Source: a virus (taxonomy: Duplodnaviria; Heunggongvirae; Uroviricota; Caudoviricetes). Taken from it: a stretch of 64,000 nucleotides of DNA. The notes beneath the pieces were generated by a model. The model did not search any database and had not been told where the DNA came from. It saw only the letters and a list, made by a program, of their open reading frames with translations. Shown piece after piece: positions 19,211 to 27,786 of the stretch. The position numbers and the translations under genes are program-made. Positions within the stretch are counted from its first letter, which is position 1. The number at the start of each line of letters is the position of its first letter. The DNA is taken from IMG/VR virus record IMGVR_UViG_3300037307_000441. The stretch is one strand, 5' to 3'.

Positions 19211-19621
19211 TTATTTTTTCATTTTTTCATAAAAGATTACATAAAAATAGCAAATTTTACCATAGTTGATCATAACATAGGATTCGCCAATGGTTTTATT
19301 CATTGCTAATGTAAACAAACATTTTCTATTATTTTCATCTAAACATTCTGCAGTAATAAATTCAATACTATCCTTTTTTACTTTCGGATATTCTTTAACT
19401 ATTCGGTAAATTGATTTAGCAAAATCATTTGCTTCTATATAAGTATCTCTAAAAGTAAATGTTATGTACTCATAATTATAATTATCTTGGAAGATAAATT
19501 TTTGTGAATATTCACCCCACTCACCAATTACGTTTTTATAAGTAGTTACAGATACTTTATCTTGTGAAAATGAAATTATAGAAAAAAGGAGGAAAGACAG
19601 AGATAATAGAAACTTAGACAT
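19211..19621 (-). CDS. hypothetical secreted protein
   Basis: signal peptide MSKFLLSLSFLLFSIISFSQ. Confidence 0.45.
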   Translation of the reverse strand: MSKFLLSLSFLLFSIISFSQDKVSVTTYKNVIGEWGEYSQKFIFQDNYNYEYITFTFRDTYIEANDFAKSIYRIVKEYPKVKKDSIEFITAECLDENNRKCLFTLAMNKTIGESYVMINYGKICYFYVIFYEKMKK

Positions 19622-19668
19622 AATTGTATTTTTTGTGTTATAGTGATATTTAAATATTTTATAAAAGT

Positions 19669-20025
19669 TTATTTGTTTTTATGGTCAATTTTTTCTAATT
19701 TAACAGAGGTTATACCATATTTAATAAATCCTAATTCTATAGCAGCAGACCTTGATAAATCAATTATTCTTTTATCTGTGCCTATTCTATCATTTACTTT
19801 TACTATAACATTTTTCCCATTTTTAATATTGGTCACTTTTAAATAAGTTCCCAATGGAAAAATATTACAAGCAGCAGTCATTTTACTCTGCCTGAAAATT
19901 TCGCCAGATGCAGTTTTCCTACCATCAAATTTATCATGATAGAAAGAGGCTTTGCCATACCTTGGATCATCTGTAAATGAATTTAGTATAACAAACAAGA
20001 ATAATATTTTAAAAAATCTAAACAT
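19669..20025 (-). CDS. RlpA-like double-psi beta-barrel protein (septal-ring lytic transglycosylase family)
   Basis: GKASFYHDKFDGRKTASGEIF...MTAACNIFPLGTYLKVTNIKNGKNVIVKVNDRI is the classic RlpA/DPBB signature; signal peptide present. Confidence 0.75.
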   Translation of the reverse strand: MFRFFKILFLFVILNSFTDDPRYGKASFYHDKFDGRKTASGEIFRQSKMTAACNIFPLGTYLKVTNIKNGKNVIVKVNDRIGTDKRIIDLSRSAAIELGFIKYGITSVKLEKIDHKNK

Positions 20026-20085
20026 ATTTTTTACAAATTTACAAACATTTTGCGATAATCCAAATAAAAATTAAAAAATGTTTAT

Positions 20086-20322
20086 ATGAAGTTTATAGTT
20101 TTATCCGCTATGTTAGTTTTATTTAGTTGCAAATCAGAAGATAATTTGCCTAAACCATCAAATAAAGTCAGTGTCACTAAACAACCACTTTATGATTCAA
20201 ATGGGGTTGAAATCATCGATGTTAAAAAAGGTAACATACATTATTTAATTTTTAAAAGTACAAAAAATATTCAAGTGGTAAACTATACATCAGATAGCAT
20301 AGAATACGAATTGGTTAAATAA
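20086..20322 (+). CDS. small lipoprotein
   Basis: MKFIVLSAMLVLFSC lipobox-like. Confidence 0.4.
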   Translation: MKFIVLSAMLVLFSCKSEDNLPKPSNKVSVTKQPLYDSNGVEIIDVKKGNIHYLIFKSTKNIQVVNYTSDSIEYELVK

Positions 20323-20340
20323 AATTCATATATTTGTAAC

Positions 20341-20826
20341 ATGACTAGAATATATATTGATATGGATCACACATTTTGTGATTTTGAAGAAGCAAAAGAA
20401 TATTGGATTAAAAGAGCCAAAACTGATATCGAAAAAAGTTGGCCTTGGTCAATGAAAGGATATTTTGAATCGTTACTTCCTATGGAAGGTGCTTTAGAAT
20501 TTTGGGAAAGGTGGAAATCAGATTGTGATGTATGGTTCCTAACTAGGCCATCTATACCGAATAGACACAGTTATACCGAAAAAGCTAATTGGATACATAA
20601 ACATCTTGGAAATGAAGGATTATGTAAATTAATTTTATCACCTAGAAAAGATATACTTAATGGTGATATATTAATTGATGATGATGATAGGGCAGGGCAA
20701 CCACAATTTAATGGTTCTTGGTGGCGATTTGGTAGTGAAAGATACCCTGATTGGAAATCTATAGACGAATCTTTAATAAAATATTTAGAAAATGCTAAAA
20801 ATAGGAGACAAGATACGGTGTATTAA
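20341..20826 (+). CDS. HAD-family 5'(3')-deoxyribonucleotidase-like protein
   Basis: N-terminal IYIDMDHTFCDF (DxDx(T/V) HAD motif I) and overall size and pattern of NT5C-type dNMP nucleotidases. Confidence 0.55.
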   Translation: MTRIYIDMDHTFCDFEEAKEYWIKRAKTDIEKSWPWSMKGYFESLLPMEGALEFWERWKSDCDVWFLTRPSIPNRHSYTEKANWIHKHLGNEGLCKLILSPRKDILNGDILIDDDDRAGQPQFNGSWWRFGSERYPDWKSIDESLIKYLENAKNRRQDTVY

Positions 20827-21028
20827 AGAAGTGGATGATCTCACTATTGGCAAAACTTATGAAGTTATACAAATAAGGGATTTTCCAGAAAAAGACATTT
20901 GTATCAAAAGTAATGATGGTTATAACTGGTGGTTTGGGCAAGTTGGTTCATCACAACCATGGACAATGTTCTTTATAACCGAAACAGAATTTATAAGAAA
21001 TCAAAAAATTGAAAAATTAATATCATGA
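20792..21028 (+). CDS. hypothetical protein
   Basis: 78-aa ORF overlapping upstream gene end by 35 nt. Confidence 0.35.
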   Translation: MLKIGDKIRCIKEVDDLTIGKTYEVIQIRDFPEKDICIKSNDGYNWWFGQVGSSQPWTMFFITETEFIRNQKIEKLIS

Positions 21029-21576
21029 TAGATTATGGAAGGATAGATAGATCAATTAGATTTTATGAATCCTTTGGATTCAACAGAATCGAATCTCCTT
21101 GGACGGTAACAAAGGAGATATCAGGAATTACAAAACCACCAGATAAAATTGATTGGGAGATTAAAGGTAAGAATAAAGTATTGGTTGCGTCTGGCGAACA
21201 AAGTTTTTTATATTTATATTTAAAGGGGTTTTTGCCAAAAGGAAAATATCAAACCATAACCCCTTGCTTTCGTGATGAACCATTTGATAAAACTCATACC
21301 AAATATTTTATTAAAAATGAATTAATAATTACTGATGAAGTAACACCTAAAAAATTAGATTATATCATTGAGGTTTGTAAAGAATTTTTTGAAAATGAAA
21401 TTAATTCAAAAATAGATATTTCAAAAACCGACATTGGATATGACTTAGAAATAAATGGTATAGAATTAGGTTCTTATGGAATAAGAAGTTGTGAATATTT
21501 AGATTGGATATATGGAACAGGATTGGCGGAACCAAGATTTACACTAGTAAAAAATTCTTCTAAAAGGGGTATTTAA
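21025..21576 (+). CDS. class II aminoacyl-tRNA-synthetase-like core fragment (AsnA/AspRS motif-2-like)
   Basis: EQSFLYLYLKGFLPKGKYQTITPCFRDE resembles class II motif 2 (...FRNE/FRDE); only 183 aa, so not a full synthetase. Confidence 0.4.
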   Translation: MIDYGRIDRSIRFYESFGFNRIESPWTVTKEISGITKPPDKIDWEIKGKNKVLVASGEQSFLYLYLKGFLPKGKYQTITPCFRDEPFDKTHTKYFIKNELIITDEVTPKKLDYIIEVCKEFFENEINSKIDISKTDIGYDLEINGIELGSYGIRSCEYLDWIYGTGLAEPRFTLVKNSSKRGI

Positions 21577-21593
21577 AAAATAATAAATATAGT

Positions 21594-22319
21594 ATGAAAA
21601 TATTTTTAATACTCATATCTTTTTTAATAGCATCATGTTCTTCTTATAAAATAGGAACAACCCCAGATGATGTTTACTATTCATACTCTAATTATCAAGA
21701 AGAATACTTATCAGTTAATAATAAAGACAATTATAGATATGATAATACATTAAGACAGGGTGTAAGTGATAGAAGATTTAGAATAATGGAAGATGAAGAT
21801 TGGTACTATTGGAACAGGGTAAATTGGAATTTACAAGTAAACACTTGGAACACTTGGAATCCTTGGACATTTAATACGTGGGCATGGAATAACTCTTTTT
21901 ACTGGAATAATACTTGGTATTGGAATTCTTGGGTAGATACAAGAATATTTAATACATGGTCATGGAGCAATAGCAATTATTGGTATAATAAATGGAGATG
22001 GGAAAACCGATTTTCTTTAGAAAATGGAAATGGAAATACAAGATCTATACCTTCTTATTTTAATACTAATAATACAAAAACAAATGGAATAAAATACTCA
22101 CCACCAGCACTAAATATTGATAGAGGCGGAACGAATAGACCAGCTAGATTTTTTGACAATTCAAGTAACAATACAAAAACTTTTAATAGTGGAACAAATA
22201 TAAATTCATCAGGAAGCAGTAGATATTTTACACCAAGTTCAAGTGGAACAAGTAATTCGGGAGGAACAGGTGGATCAAGTAGAACATCAGGTAGTGGTAC
22301 TAGCAGACGCGGGGGTTAA
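21594..22319 (+). CDS. Trp/Asn-rich repeat lipoprotein with Gly/Ser-rich tail
   Basis: lipobox LIASCSS; repeats NTWNTWNPWTFNTWAWNNSFYWNNTWYWNSW; C-terminal SSGSSRYFTPSSSGTSNSGGTGGSSRTSGSGTSRRGG. Confidence 0.5.
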   Translation: MKIFLILISFLIASCSSYKIGTTPDDVYYSYSNYQEEYLSVNNKDNYRYDNTLRQGVSDRRFRIMEDEDWYYWNRVNWNLQVNTWNTWNPWTFNTWAWNNSFYWNNTWYWNSWVDTRIFNTWSWSNSNYWYNKWRWENRFSLENGNGNTRSIPSYFNTNNTKTNGIKYSPPALNIDRGGTNRPARFFDNSSNNTKTFNSGTNINSSGSSRYFTPSSSGTSNSGGTGGSSRTSGSGTSRRGG

Positions 22320-22324
22320 TAATT

Positions 22325-22576
22325 ATGGGATATCATAATAAGGAAATACCGAGAGGTAAATATGGAGAATTCTCAAAAATAAGGGAAGAATTTTTAGAGG
22401 CAGAAGACGCATTGGAACAAGATAATAAAATAATGACACTTGTTGAAATGTCAGATTTAATAGGAGCAATAGAAGGATATTGCCAGGCTAACTTTAATAT
22501 AAATCTTGATGACCTAATTAAAATGAAAGATGCGACTAAAAAAGCATTTCTCGACGGAACAAGAAATCCTCGTTAG
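22325..22576 (+). CDS. hypothetical protein (weak MazG-like NTP pyrophosphohydrolase resemblance)
   Basis: EEFLEAEDALEQDN...LVEMSDLIGAIEGY; resemblance weak. Confidence 0.35.
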   Translation: MGYHNKEIPRGKYGEFSKIREEFLEAEDALEQDNKIMTLVEMSDLIGAIEGYCQANFNINLDDLIKMKDATKKAFLDGTRNPR

Positions 22577-23064
22577 TTTAATTCAACTGGTGAGTCATAT
22601 TCTACCAGTTCATGCATACCAAATTGTATTAGTTTATCTTTATATAATTCAAATATATCAATTAATTCAGAATAAGATAGTTTTTCATATTCATATCCAG
22701 AAGGATCATCATTTATTTCCCAAAATAAGAAGCAATCATATTCACCAGCAGTTTCAACTTTTATACCAAGTGCAACTGTTTTTCTACCCATTGTTGATTT
22801 TAAAATAAAATATCCTTCATCACCAACTATAGTGTCTATTTTCATTGTTTTTAGTTCTATCCCATCTTCAACTCTGTCTATAAATGCCTTAATGAATGGC
22901 AAATTGAATCTATATATCTTGTGTAATAATTTCGCAATATTTTCATTTTTAATATCCAAAGTGATATGTCCTTTAAAAACTTGCCCTGATAAATAGTCAA
23001 TTTCATTTTCTGATTTTAATTCTTCAGTATCGAATAGTTCATTGATTTTTTTAAGATATTTCAT
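22573..23064 (-). CDS. hypothetical protein, MKYLK N-terminal family
   Basis: MKYLKKINELFDTEEL. Confidence 0.5.
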   Translation of the reverse strand: MKYLKKINELFDTEELKSENEIDYLSGQVFKGHITLDIKNENIAKLLHKIYRFNLPFIKAFIDRVEDGIELKTMKIDTIVGDEGYFILKSTMGRKTVALGIKVETAGEYDCFLFWEINDDPSGYEYEKLSYSELIDIFELYKDKLIQFGMHELVEYDSPVELN

Positions 23065-23756
23065 TTTTTAATTTTAAATTTTTCCATACTTTTAAAAGTA
23101 TCTTCTAAAAACATTTTTAATCCTTTTTTCTTAAATATTTTCCAATTTATATATTCTTTCAATATTTCTTCATTATTAAATAACAATTTAAAGAAGTAGG
23201 ACTCATTTTTAATTTTACATGAAATAGGATGTATTTCAAAATATAACTTATTTACCTTTGTATATTCTTTACTATTTATAGAACTAACTTCATGTAAACT
23301 ATTGAAGGGAGATATTAATTCTGGCATATAATCATCACTTTCAAAAACAATATACTTATAATTGATTGATTCCTCAGTTCTCCACCCTTCTTTTATAAAA
23401 TTTGAATACCATTCATTATCATAGTTATTAATATCAAAGGGGACCTCAATAGAATTCATAGTAGGCTCCCAATATTGCTTAGGTATTGACTCATCATATA
23501 ATTTAAGTTGTTCTAATATTTGAGGTATATTCTTGAAATGAATGTACTCGTATGGTGGTTTTCCTTGCTTATCTTTTTCTTTATCATATCTAGCAATAAC
23601 ATAATTTTCATTATATGAAAATACATAAAAAGAAATACCATCAGCCGCGGTTAAGGAAAATTTAGATATTCCATTATCAACAGGATTATAATCTAGATCA
23701 TTTTCTTCGATAAATTGAATTATTCTTTCCTTTTCATTTTGATTTATTTGAACCAT
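23061..23756 (-). CDS. hypothetical protein
   Basis: 231-aa ORF. Confidence 0.5.
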   Translation of the reverse strand: MVQINQNEKERIIQFIEENDLDYNPVDNGISKFSLTAADGISFYVFSYNENYVIARYDKEKDKQGKPPYEYIHFKNIPQILEQLKLYDESIPKQYWEPTMNSIEVPFDINNYDNEWYSNFIKEGWRTEESINYKYIVFESDDYMPELISPFNSLHEVSSINSKEYTKVNKLYFEIHPISCKIKNESYFFKLLFNNEEILKEYINWKIFKKKGLKMFLEDTFKSMEKFKIKK

Positions 23757-23813
23757 ATTCTATATATAAATTTAAACATATAATAATTATTTTAGTATAA
23801 AAATAAAAAAATT

Positions 23814-24020
23814 ATGGCTACTAATTTTGGAATAATGAGTCCAAGTGACTATAAAGGATTGACTTTAGAAAAAGCTGAAGAAAAAGCTAAAGTGAATGGA
23901 TTTAATACTAGAGTTGTTGAAATAGATGGTAAAGCTCTTATGCTAACAATGGATTACAAAAGTAACCGAATAAACTTTAGAGTAAACAACGGAATTATAT
24001 TAGAAGCTTATACAGGATAA
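23814..24020 (+). CDS. hypothetical small protein
   Basis: 68-aa ORF. Confidence 0.35.
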   Translation: MATNFGIMSPSDYKGLTLEKAEEKAKVNGFNTRVVEIDGKALMLTMDYKSNRINFRVNNGIILEAYTG

Positions 24021-24021
24021 T

Positions 24022-24792
24022 ATGAAAACAATTTATGATATATTAGAAAGAGATTTAATCTTTTTTGACTTAGAAACAACAGGAACGGATTTGAAAAGAG
24101 ACCGAATAGTTGAAATATGTGCAATTAAATATAAGAAAAATCGTGGAAAAGAAATCTTACATAGATATTTGAATCCTGAAACTGAAATTGATCCTGTAGC
24201 AGTGGAAATGCACGGATTAACAAATGAGTTTTTAAAAGATTATCCATCATTATCTGAAGTTGCAGATGAAATATATAATTTTTTTAAAGGATGTGATTTG
24301 GGTGGATATAATTGTATAAATTTTGATATACCATTCTTGTTTGAAGAGTTATCAAGATGTAAAAAGTTTCTAAATGTTTTTAATGTTAATATTATTGATT
24401 CCTACAATCTATTAAATAAATGCGAGCCACGACGATTAAAAGATGTTTATAAAAACTTTTTTGGTGTTGAATTTGATAATCACCATAGTGCAGAAGCAGA
24501 TATTGAAGCAACAGTTAAAGTATTTGAAAAACAAATAGACGCTTATAAACTTGAAGATAAATCAATAAATGATATTTCGTCTATAATAAGAACAAGTGCA
24601 AATGGTGAATTAATGGTTGATATATCAGGTTGGTTCAAAAAGAAAAATGGTACATATCTTTTTGGTAGAGGAAAGCACAAAGACAAACCAGTTAAAGAAA
24701 ATGTATCATATTTGGAATGGCTGGTTAATGAAAGTGACATTGAAAATAATTCTAAAGCTGTGGCAAAAATATTATTAGAAAAGTTAAAATGA
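24022..24792 (+). CDS. DnaQ-like 3'-5' exonuclease (DEDDh family)
   Basis: LIFFDLETTGTD (Exo I), HGLTNEFL (Exo II region), HSAEADIEAT (Exo III, YxxxD/H). Confidence 0.75.
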   Translation: MKTIYDILERDLIFFDLETTGTDLKRDRIVEICAIKYKKNRGKEILHRYLNPETEIDPVAVEMHGLTNEFLKDYPSLSEVADEIYNFFKGCDLGGYNCINFDIPFLFEELSRCKKFLNVFNVNIIDSYNLLNKCEPRRLKDVYKNFFGVEFDNHHSAEADIEATVKVFEKQIDAYKLEDKSINDISSIIRTSANGELMVDISGWFKKKNGTYLFGRGKHKDKPVKENVSYLEWLVNESDIENNSKAVAKILLEKLK

Positions 24793-25709
24793 AATTAAAA
24801 CATATTATTAAAGCTCAACAATTTGATAGAGATTTATTGAATGATATATTCTCTAACTCAAATGAAATGGAATCAGTATTTAAAAATGGGCAATCTAAAT
24901 TATTAAGTGGTAAAATATTAGCCACAGTATTTTATGAACCATCAACAAGGACAAGATTATCATTTGAATCGGCAATGATGAGATTGGGTGGTAGGATAAT
25001 AACTACTGAAAATGCTAAAGAATTCTCATCTGCAGCTAAAGGAGAAAACATAGAAGATACAGTTAGAGTAATGCAATCTTACGCAGATGCCATCGTTATA
25101 AGACATCATGAATCTGGGACCGCAGAAAGGGCTAGCATGTTTTCAAATGTTCCAATCATAAATGCTGGAGATGGACCTGGACAACACCCAACACAGTCTC
25201 TAACCGATTTATATACAATACAAAAAGAATTAGGACAAGTTGATGATATTTCAATTGCTATGGTTGGTGACCTAGCAAATGGTAGAACAGTTCGTTCTCT
25301 TTGTTATCTATTATCAAAATATAAAAATGTTAAAATATTCTTTGTATCACCTGACGTTGTTAAAATGAAAGATGATATCAAACAATTTTTAACAAAGAAT
25401 AATGTTTCATTTGTAGAGGAAACTGATTTGAAAAAAGTGGCTCAAGTAGTTGATGTCATTTATCAAACCAGAATACAGAAAGAAAGATTTGGAGATAGAA
25501 TGGACGAATACTATATGGCTTCGGGTAAGTATATTATCAATGATGAAATATTATCTGTGATGAAAGAAAAATCTATTATCATGCACCCATTGCCAAGATT
25601 AGATGAAATATCCAATTCAGTTGATAGTGATCCAAGAGCAGCTTATTTTAGACAAGCACAAAATGCGGTATATGTTAGAGCAGCATTATTAAAACATTTA
25701 TTAGTATGA
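24789..25709 (+). CDS. pyrB: aspartate carbamoyltransferase catalytic subunit
   Basis: FYEPSTRTRLSFESA (STRTR carbamoyl-phosphate motif), GDGPGQHPTQSL, MHPLPR; ATCase-like loops; no pyrI nearby. Confidence 0.85.
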   Translation: MKLKHIIKAQQFDRDLLNDIFSNSNEMESVFKNGQSKLLSGKILATVFYEPSTRTRLSFESAMMRLGGRIITTENAKEFSSAAKGENIEDTVRVMQSYADAIVIRHHESGTAERASMFSNVPIINAGDGPGQHPTQSLTDLYTIQKELGQVDDISIAMVGDLANGRTVRSLCYLLSKYKNVKIFFVSPDVVKMKDDIKQFLTKNNVSFVEETDLKKVAQVVDVIYQTRIQKERFGDRMDEYYMASGKYIINDEILSVMKEKSIIMHPLPRLDEISNSVDSDPRAAYFRQAQNAVYVRAALLKHLLV

Positions 25710-25741
25710 AAAGAATAAAGAATTTTTTTAAAGTCATAAAA

Positions 25742-25858
25742 ATGAAGTATTTTTGTAAACACAACATGAATTTTGTTAAAGATAGTCCATATTATATTCA
25801 TCTCAAATGTGAAAAGTGTGGATATGAATTTGGGGTTGGGAATATAAAAACAAATTAA
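25742..25858 (+). CDS. small CxxC zinc-ribbon peptide (38 aa, MKYFCKHNMNF...KCEKCGYEF)
   Basis: read manually; below ORF-track threshold. Confidence 0.25.
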   Translation: MKYFCKHNMNFVKDSPYYIHLKCEKCGYEFGVGNIKTN

Positions 25859-25881
25859 AAAATTAATATATAATAATACAT

Positions 25882-26049
25882 TGTAGGGTGATGAAACTGG
25901 CAGACATATCCGCTCGTCTCGCGGATGGGGAGTTCGGGATAAACGTATAATAGAGCCGACGTTACTTTTGGTAAGGCCGACCAGGGTTGACCACTAATCT
26001 TTGTTGTATGGCTAACTGCCCCATGAAGGTTCGAATCCTTCTCCTACAG
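25882..26049 (+). ncRNA. aberrant tRNA-like gene with ~98-nt insertion at the variable-arm position
   Basis: acceptor TGTAGGG/TCCTACA; D-arm ATG-AAACTGGCAGA-CAT; 5-bp stem TCCGC/GCGGA with 7-nt loop TCGTCTC where the anticodon arm belongs; insertion closed by helix TGGGG/CCCCA; T-arm GAAGG TTCGAAT CCTTC; discriminator G; terminator follows. Confidence 0.35.
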
Positions 26050-26054
26050 CAACT

Positions 26055-26082
26055 AAAGTGTTGAGAAATCAACACTTTTTTA
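26055..26082 (+). terminator. rho-independent terminator
   Basis: AAAGTGTTGA-GAAA-TCAACACTTT hairpin plus T-run directly after the tRNA-like gene. Confidence 0.55.
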
Positions 26083-26109
26083 TTTAAATATATTTCGTAT
26101 ATTTGTAGT

Positions 26110-26448
26110 ATGAAATATTCTACATTTGAAGGTAAAGTTATTGATACTAAGGAAATTGGTCATCAACACATAAGTAATATATATTGGTTTCAAAAAATTT
26201 TCCATGGTCAAGTGCATTCTATTATTATGGATAGAATTAATAATGAATTTAATGGTGAAATATTACCTTATAAACCACATCCAAAATTTACAGAAGAAAT
26301 AAATTATCTTGAAAATAGGGGAATGTTGATATGGAAAGAATCAAATGGAATTAGATGTGCGGATATAATATGGAATGGTCATGTTATTGGAGAGGCTAGA
26401 CATATTGAAGATGTGAGAGAAGATATTATAAATCAATTAGTTAAATAA
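26110..26448 (+). CDS. hypothetical protein
   Basis: 112-aa ORF. Confidence 0.45.
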   Translation: MKYSTFEGKVIDTKEIGHQHISNIYWFQKIFHGQVHSIIMDRINNEFNGEILPYKPHPKFTEEINYLENRGMLIWKESNGIRCADIIWNGHVIGEARHIEDVREDIINQLVK

Positions 26449-26475
26449 AAATTTGGTGATGTCATTTTTTATTCG

Positions 26476-26483
26476 TATCTTTG
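26476..26483 (+). promoter_or_regulatory. -7 promoter box (TTCGTATCTTTGT)
   Basis: extended cGTATCTTTGt motif 16 nt upstream of ATG 26500. Confidence 0.45.
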
Positions 26484-26499
26484 TAGATTAAATATAAGT

Positions 26500-26952
26500 A
26501 TGCCTATGCGAATACGAATGACAAGACCAGTATCAAGAAAAATTATATCAGAATTAGCGTTATTATATGGTGTTAGATTACATTTTGAGAAAACAAGAAA
26601 ACAACATGGGGAGGCGAGATATTGGATCAATTCAATATCAGTTAACCTAAATCAATCAGGTATTAGTATGTTATCAACTTTTTTCCATGAAATTGGCCAT
26701 GTTTATTGTTATCAAAAAGGAATTTGGAAATCATTTCATATAAATAAACCATTAGAAGATCTCACTAACTCTGAAAGAAAAAAATATATTGCCACTGCTT
26801 TAAAAGCAGAAAGATGGGTGGATAGGTGGGCAGAAAAAGAAATGAAAAAACACTTTCCAAGATTGAAATATATGGAAACATATTTATCGGAAGAAAATGG
26901 TAAAAATTTCTCTGACTCAATCAAAAAAATGTTAAATTATGAAAAAAGATAG
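26500..26952 (+). CDS. SprT-like HExxH zinc metallopeptidase-like protein
   Basis: FFHEIGHVYCYQKGIW; paralogous to the 52692 gene (IHELTHHVQYEQGI). Confidence 0.5.
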   Translation: MPMRIRMTRPVSRKIISELALLYGVRLHFEKTRKQHGEARYWINSISVNLNQSGISMLSTFFHEIGHVYCYQKGIWKSFHINKPLEDLTNSERKKYIATALKAERWVDRWAEKEMKKHFPRLKYMETYLSEENGKNFSDSIKKMLNYEKR

Positions 26953-27313
26953 TATATATGTATTTTTAACAAGAGGTGAAATACACATACATGATGAAAG
27001 GTCTTTATCTATACATTTAAGACCTGATGATAAAAGGATGAAGAAAGTATCAAGGTACGTTGGTAAAGACCTTAATTTTGTCGTTATTAATCCCAAATTA
27101 ATGGAATACATGGCAACAACTAAAAAGTTTTCTAAAGAAAATTGGTATTTAATACCTTCAGTTTCTTATAATGGTTCCGCTGACCATAGTGGTTATACAC
27201 ACTTTTCATTTAGTTACAAACTTGAAAAAAATTATCCATGGGAAAAGGGTGTTCCTGTTAGAACTTTAACCTCTGATGAAATCACAAAATTTAAGAAGGA
27301 GCAAACTATATGA
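26939..27313 (+). CDS. hypothetical protein
   Basis: 124-aa ORF. Confidence 0.4.
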   Translation: MKKDSIYVFLTRGEIHIHDERSLSIHLRPDDKRMKKVSRYVGKDLNFVVINPKLMEYMATTKKFSKENWYLIPSVSYNGSADHSGYTHFSFSYKLEKNYPWEKGVPVRTLTSDEITKFKKEQTI

Positions 27314-27783
27314 AAAATTATATTATCATATTTTTATTACTTATTAGTAATATATCATTTAGTCAAAAGATTTTTTATTTTGGATATGGTATAGACAAAA
27401 CTGAAAAAACATTTCTTGATATAACATTGCAAAATAAATATAAAAGTGGAGTTATACTATCCTTTTCTTTTATACCATATTTAAAAACAAATACTGATAT
27501 AAGTAGAGATTCAAGAGGAGCTAGTTTAAATGTAGAAGGTGGATATGAATTTGGATCTGGAGAATTTTTAGCTGTCCAATTTACAGGTGGAGTAGGATAT
27601 ACTTTGATATCAGACCAATATAATTATTATAATGCTAATACAAACCTAAGAGTTAGGTTTTTTAAATACTTTTTCGTAAATGGGGGAATGGTATACCCCT
27701 TTGATTCTAGAACACATGATATAAATTATGATGATTCATATTTTATATACCAACTTTCAGGAGGAATAAATTATAATTTTTAA
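27310..27783 (+). CDS. putative outer-membrane beta-barrel protein
   Basis: signal peptide, alternating hydrophobic beta-strand pattern, C-terminal aromatic (…GGINYNF). Confidence 0.4.
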   Translation: MKNYIIIFLLLISNISFSQKIFYFGYGIDKTEKTFLDITLQNKYKSGVILSFSFIPYLKTNTDISRDSRGASLNVEGGYEFGSGEFLAVQFTGGVGYTLISDQYNYYNANTNLRVRFFKYFFVNGGMVYPFDSRTHDINYDDSYFIYQLSGGINYNF

Positions 27784-27786
27784 AAT

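Noticed and set aside
25882-26049. tmRNA or tRNA-Sec identity for the long tRNA-like element
   Set aside because: tmRNA is about twice this length and starts GGGG...; no in-frame tag-peptide reading frame (AN..AA-stop) was seen. tRNA-Sec (~95 nt, TCA anticodon) does not fit 170 nt. Left as an unclassified tRNA-like RNA.
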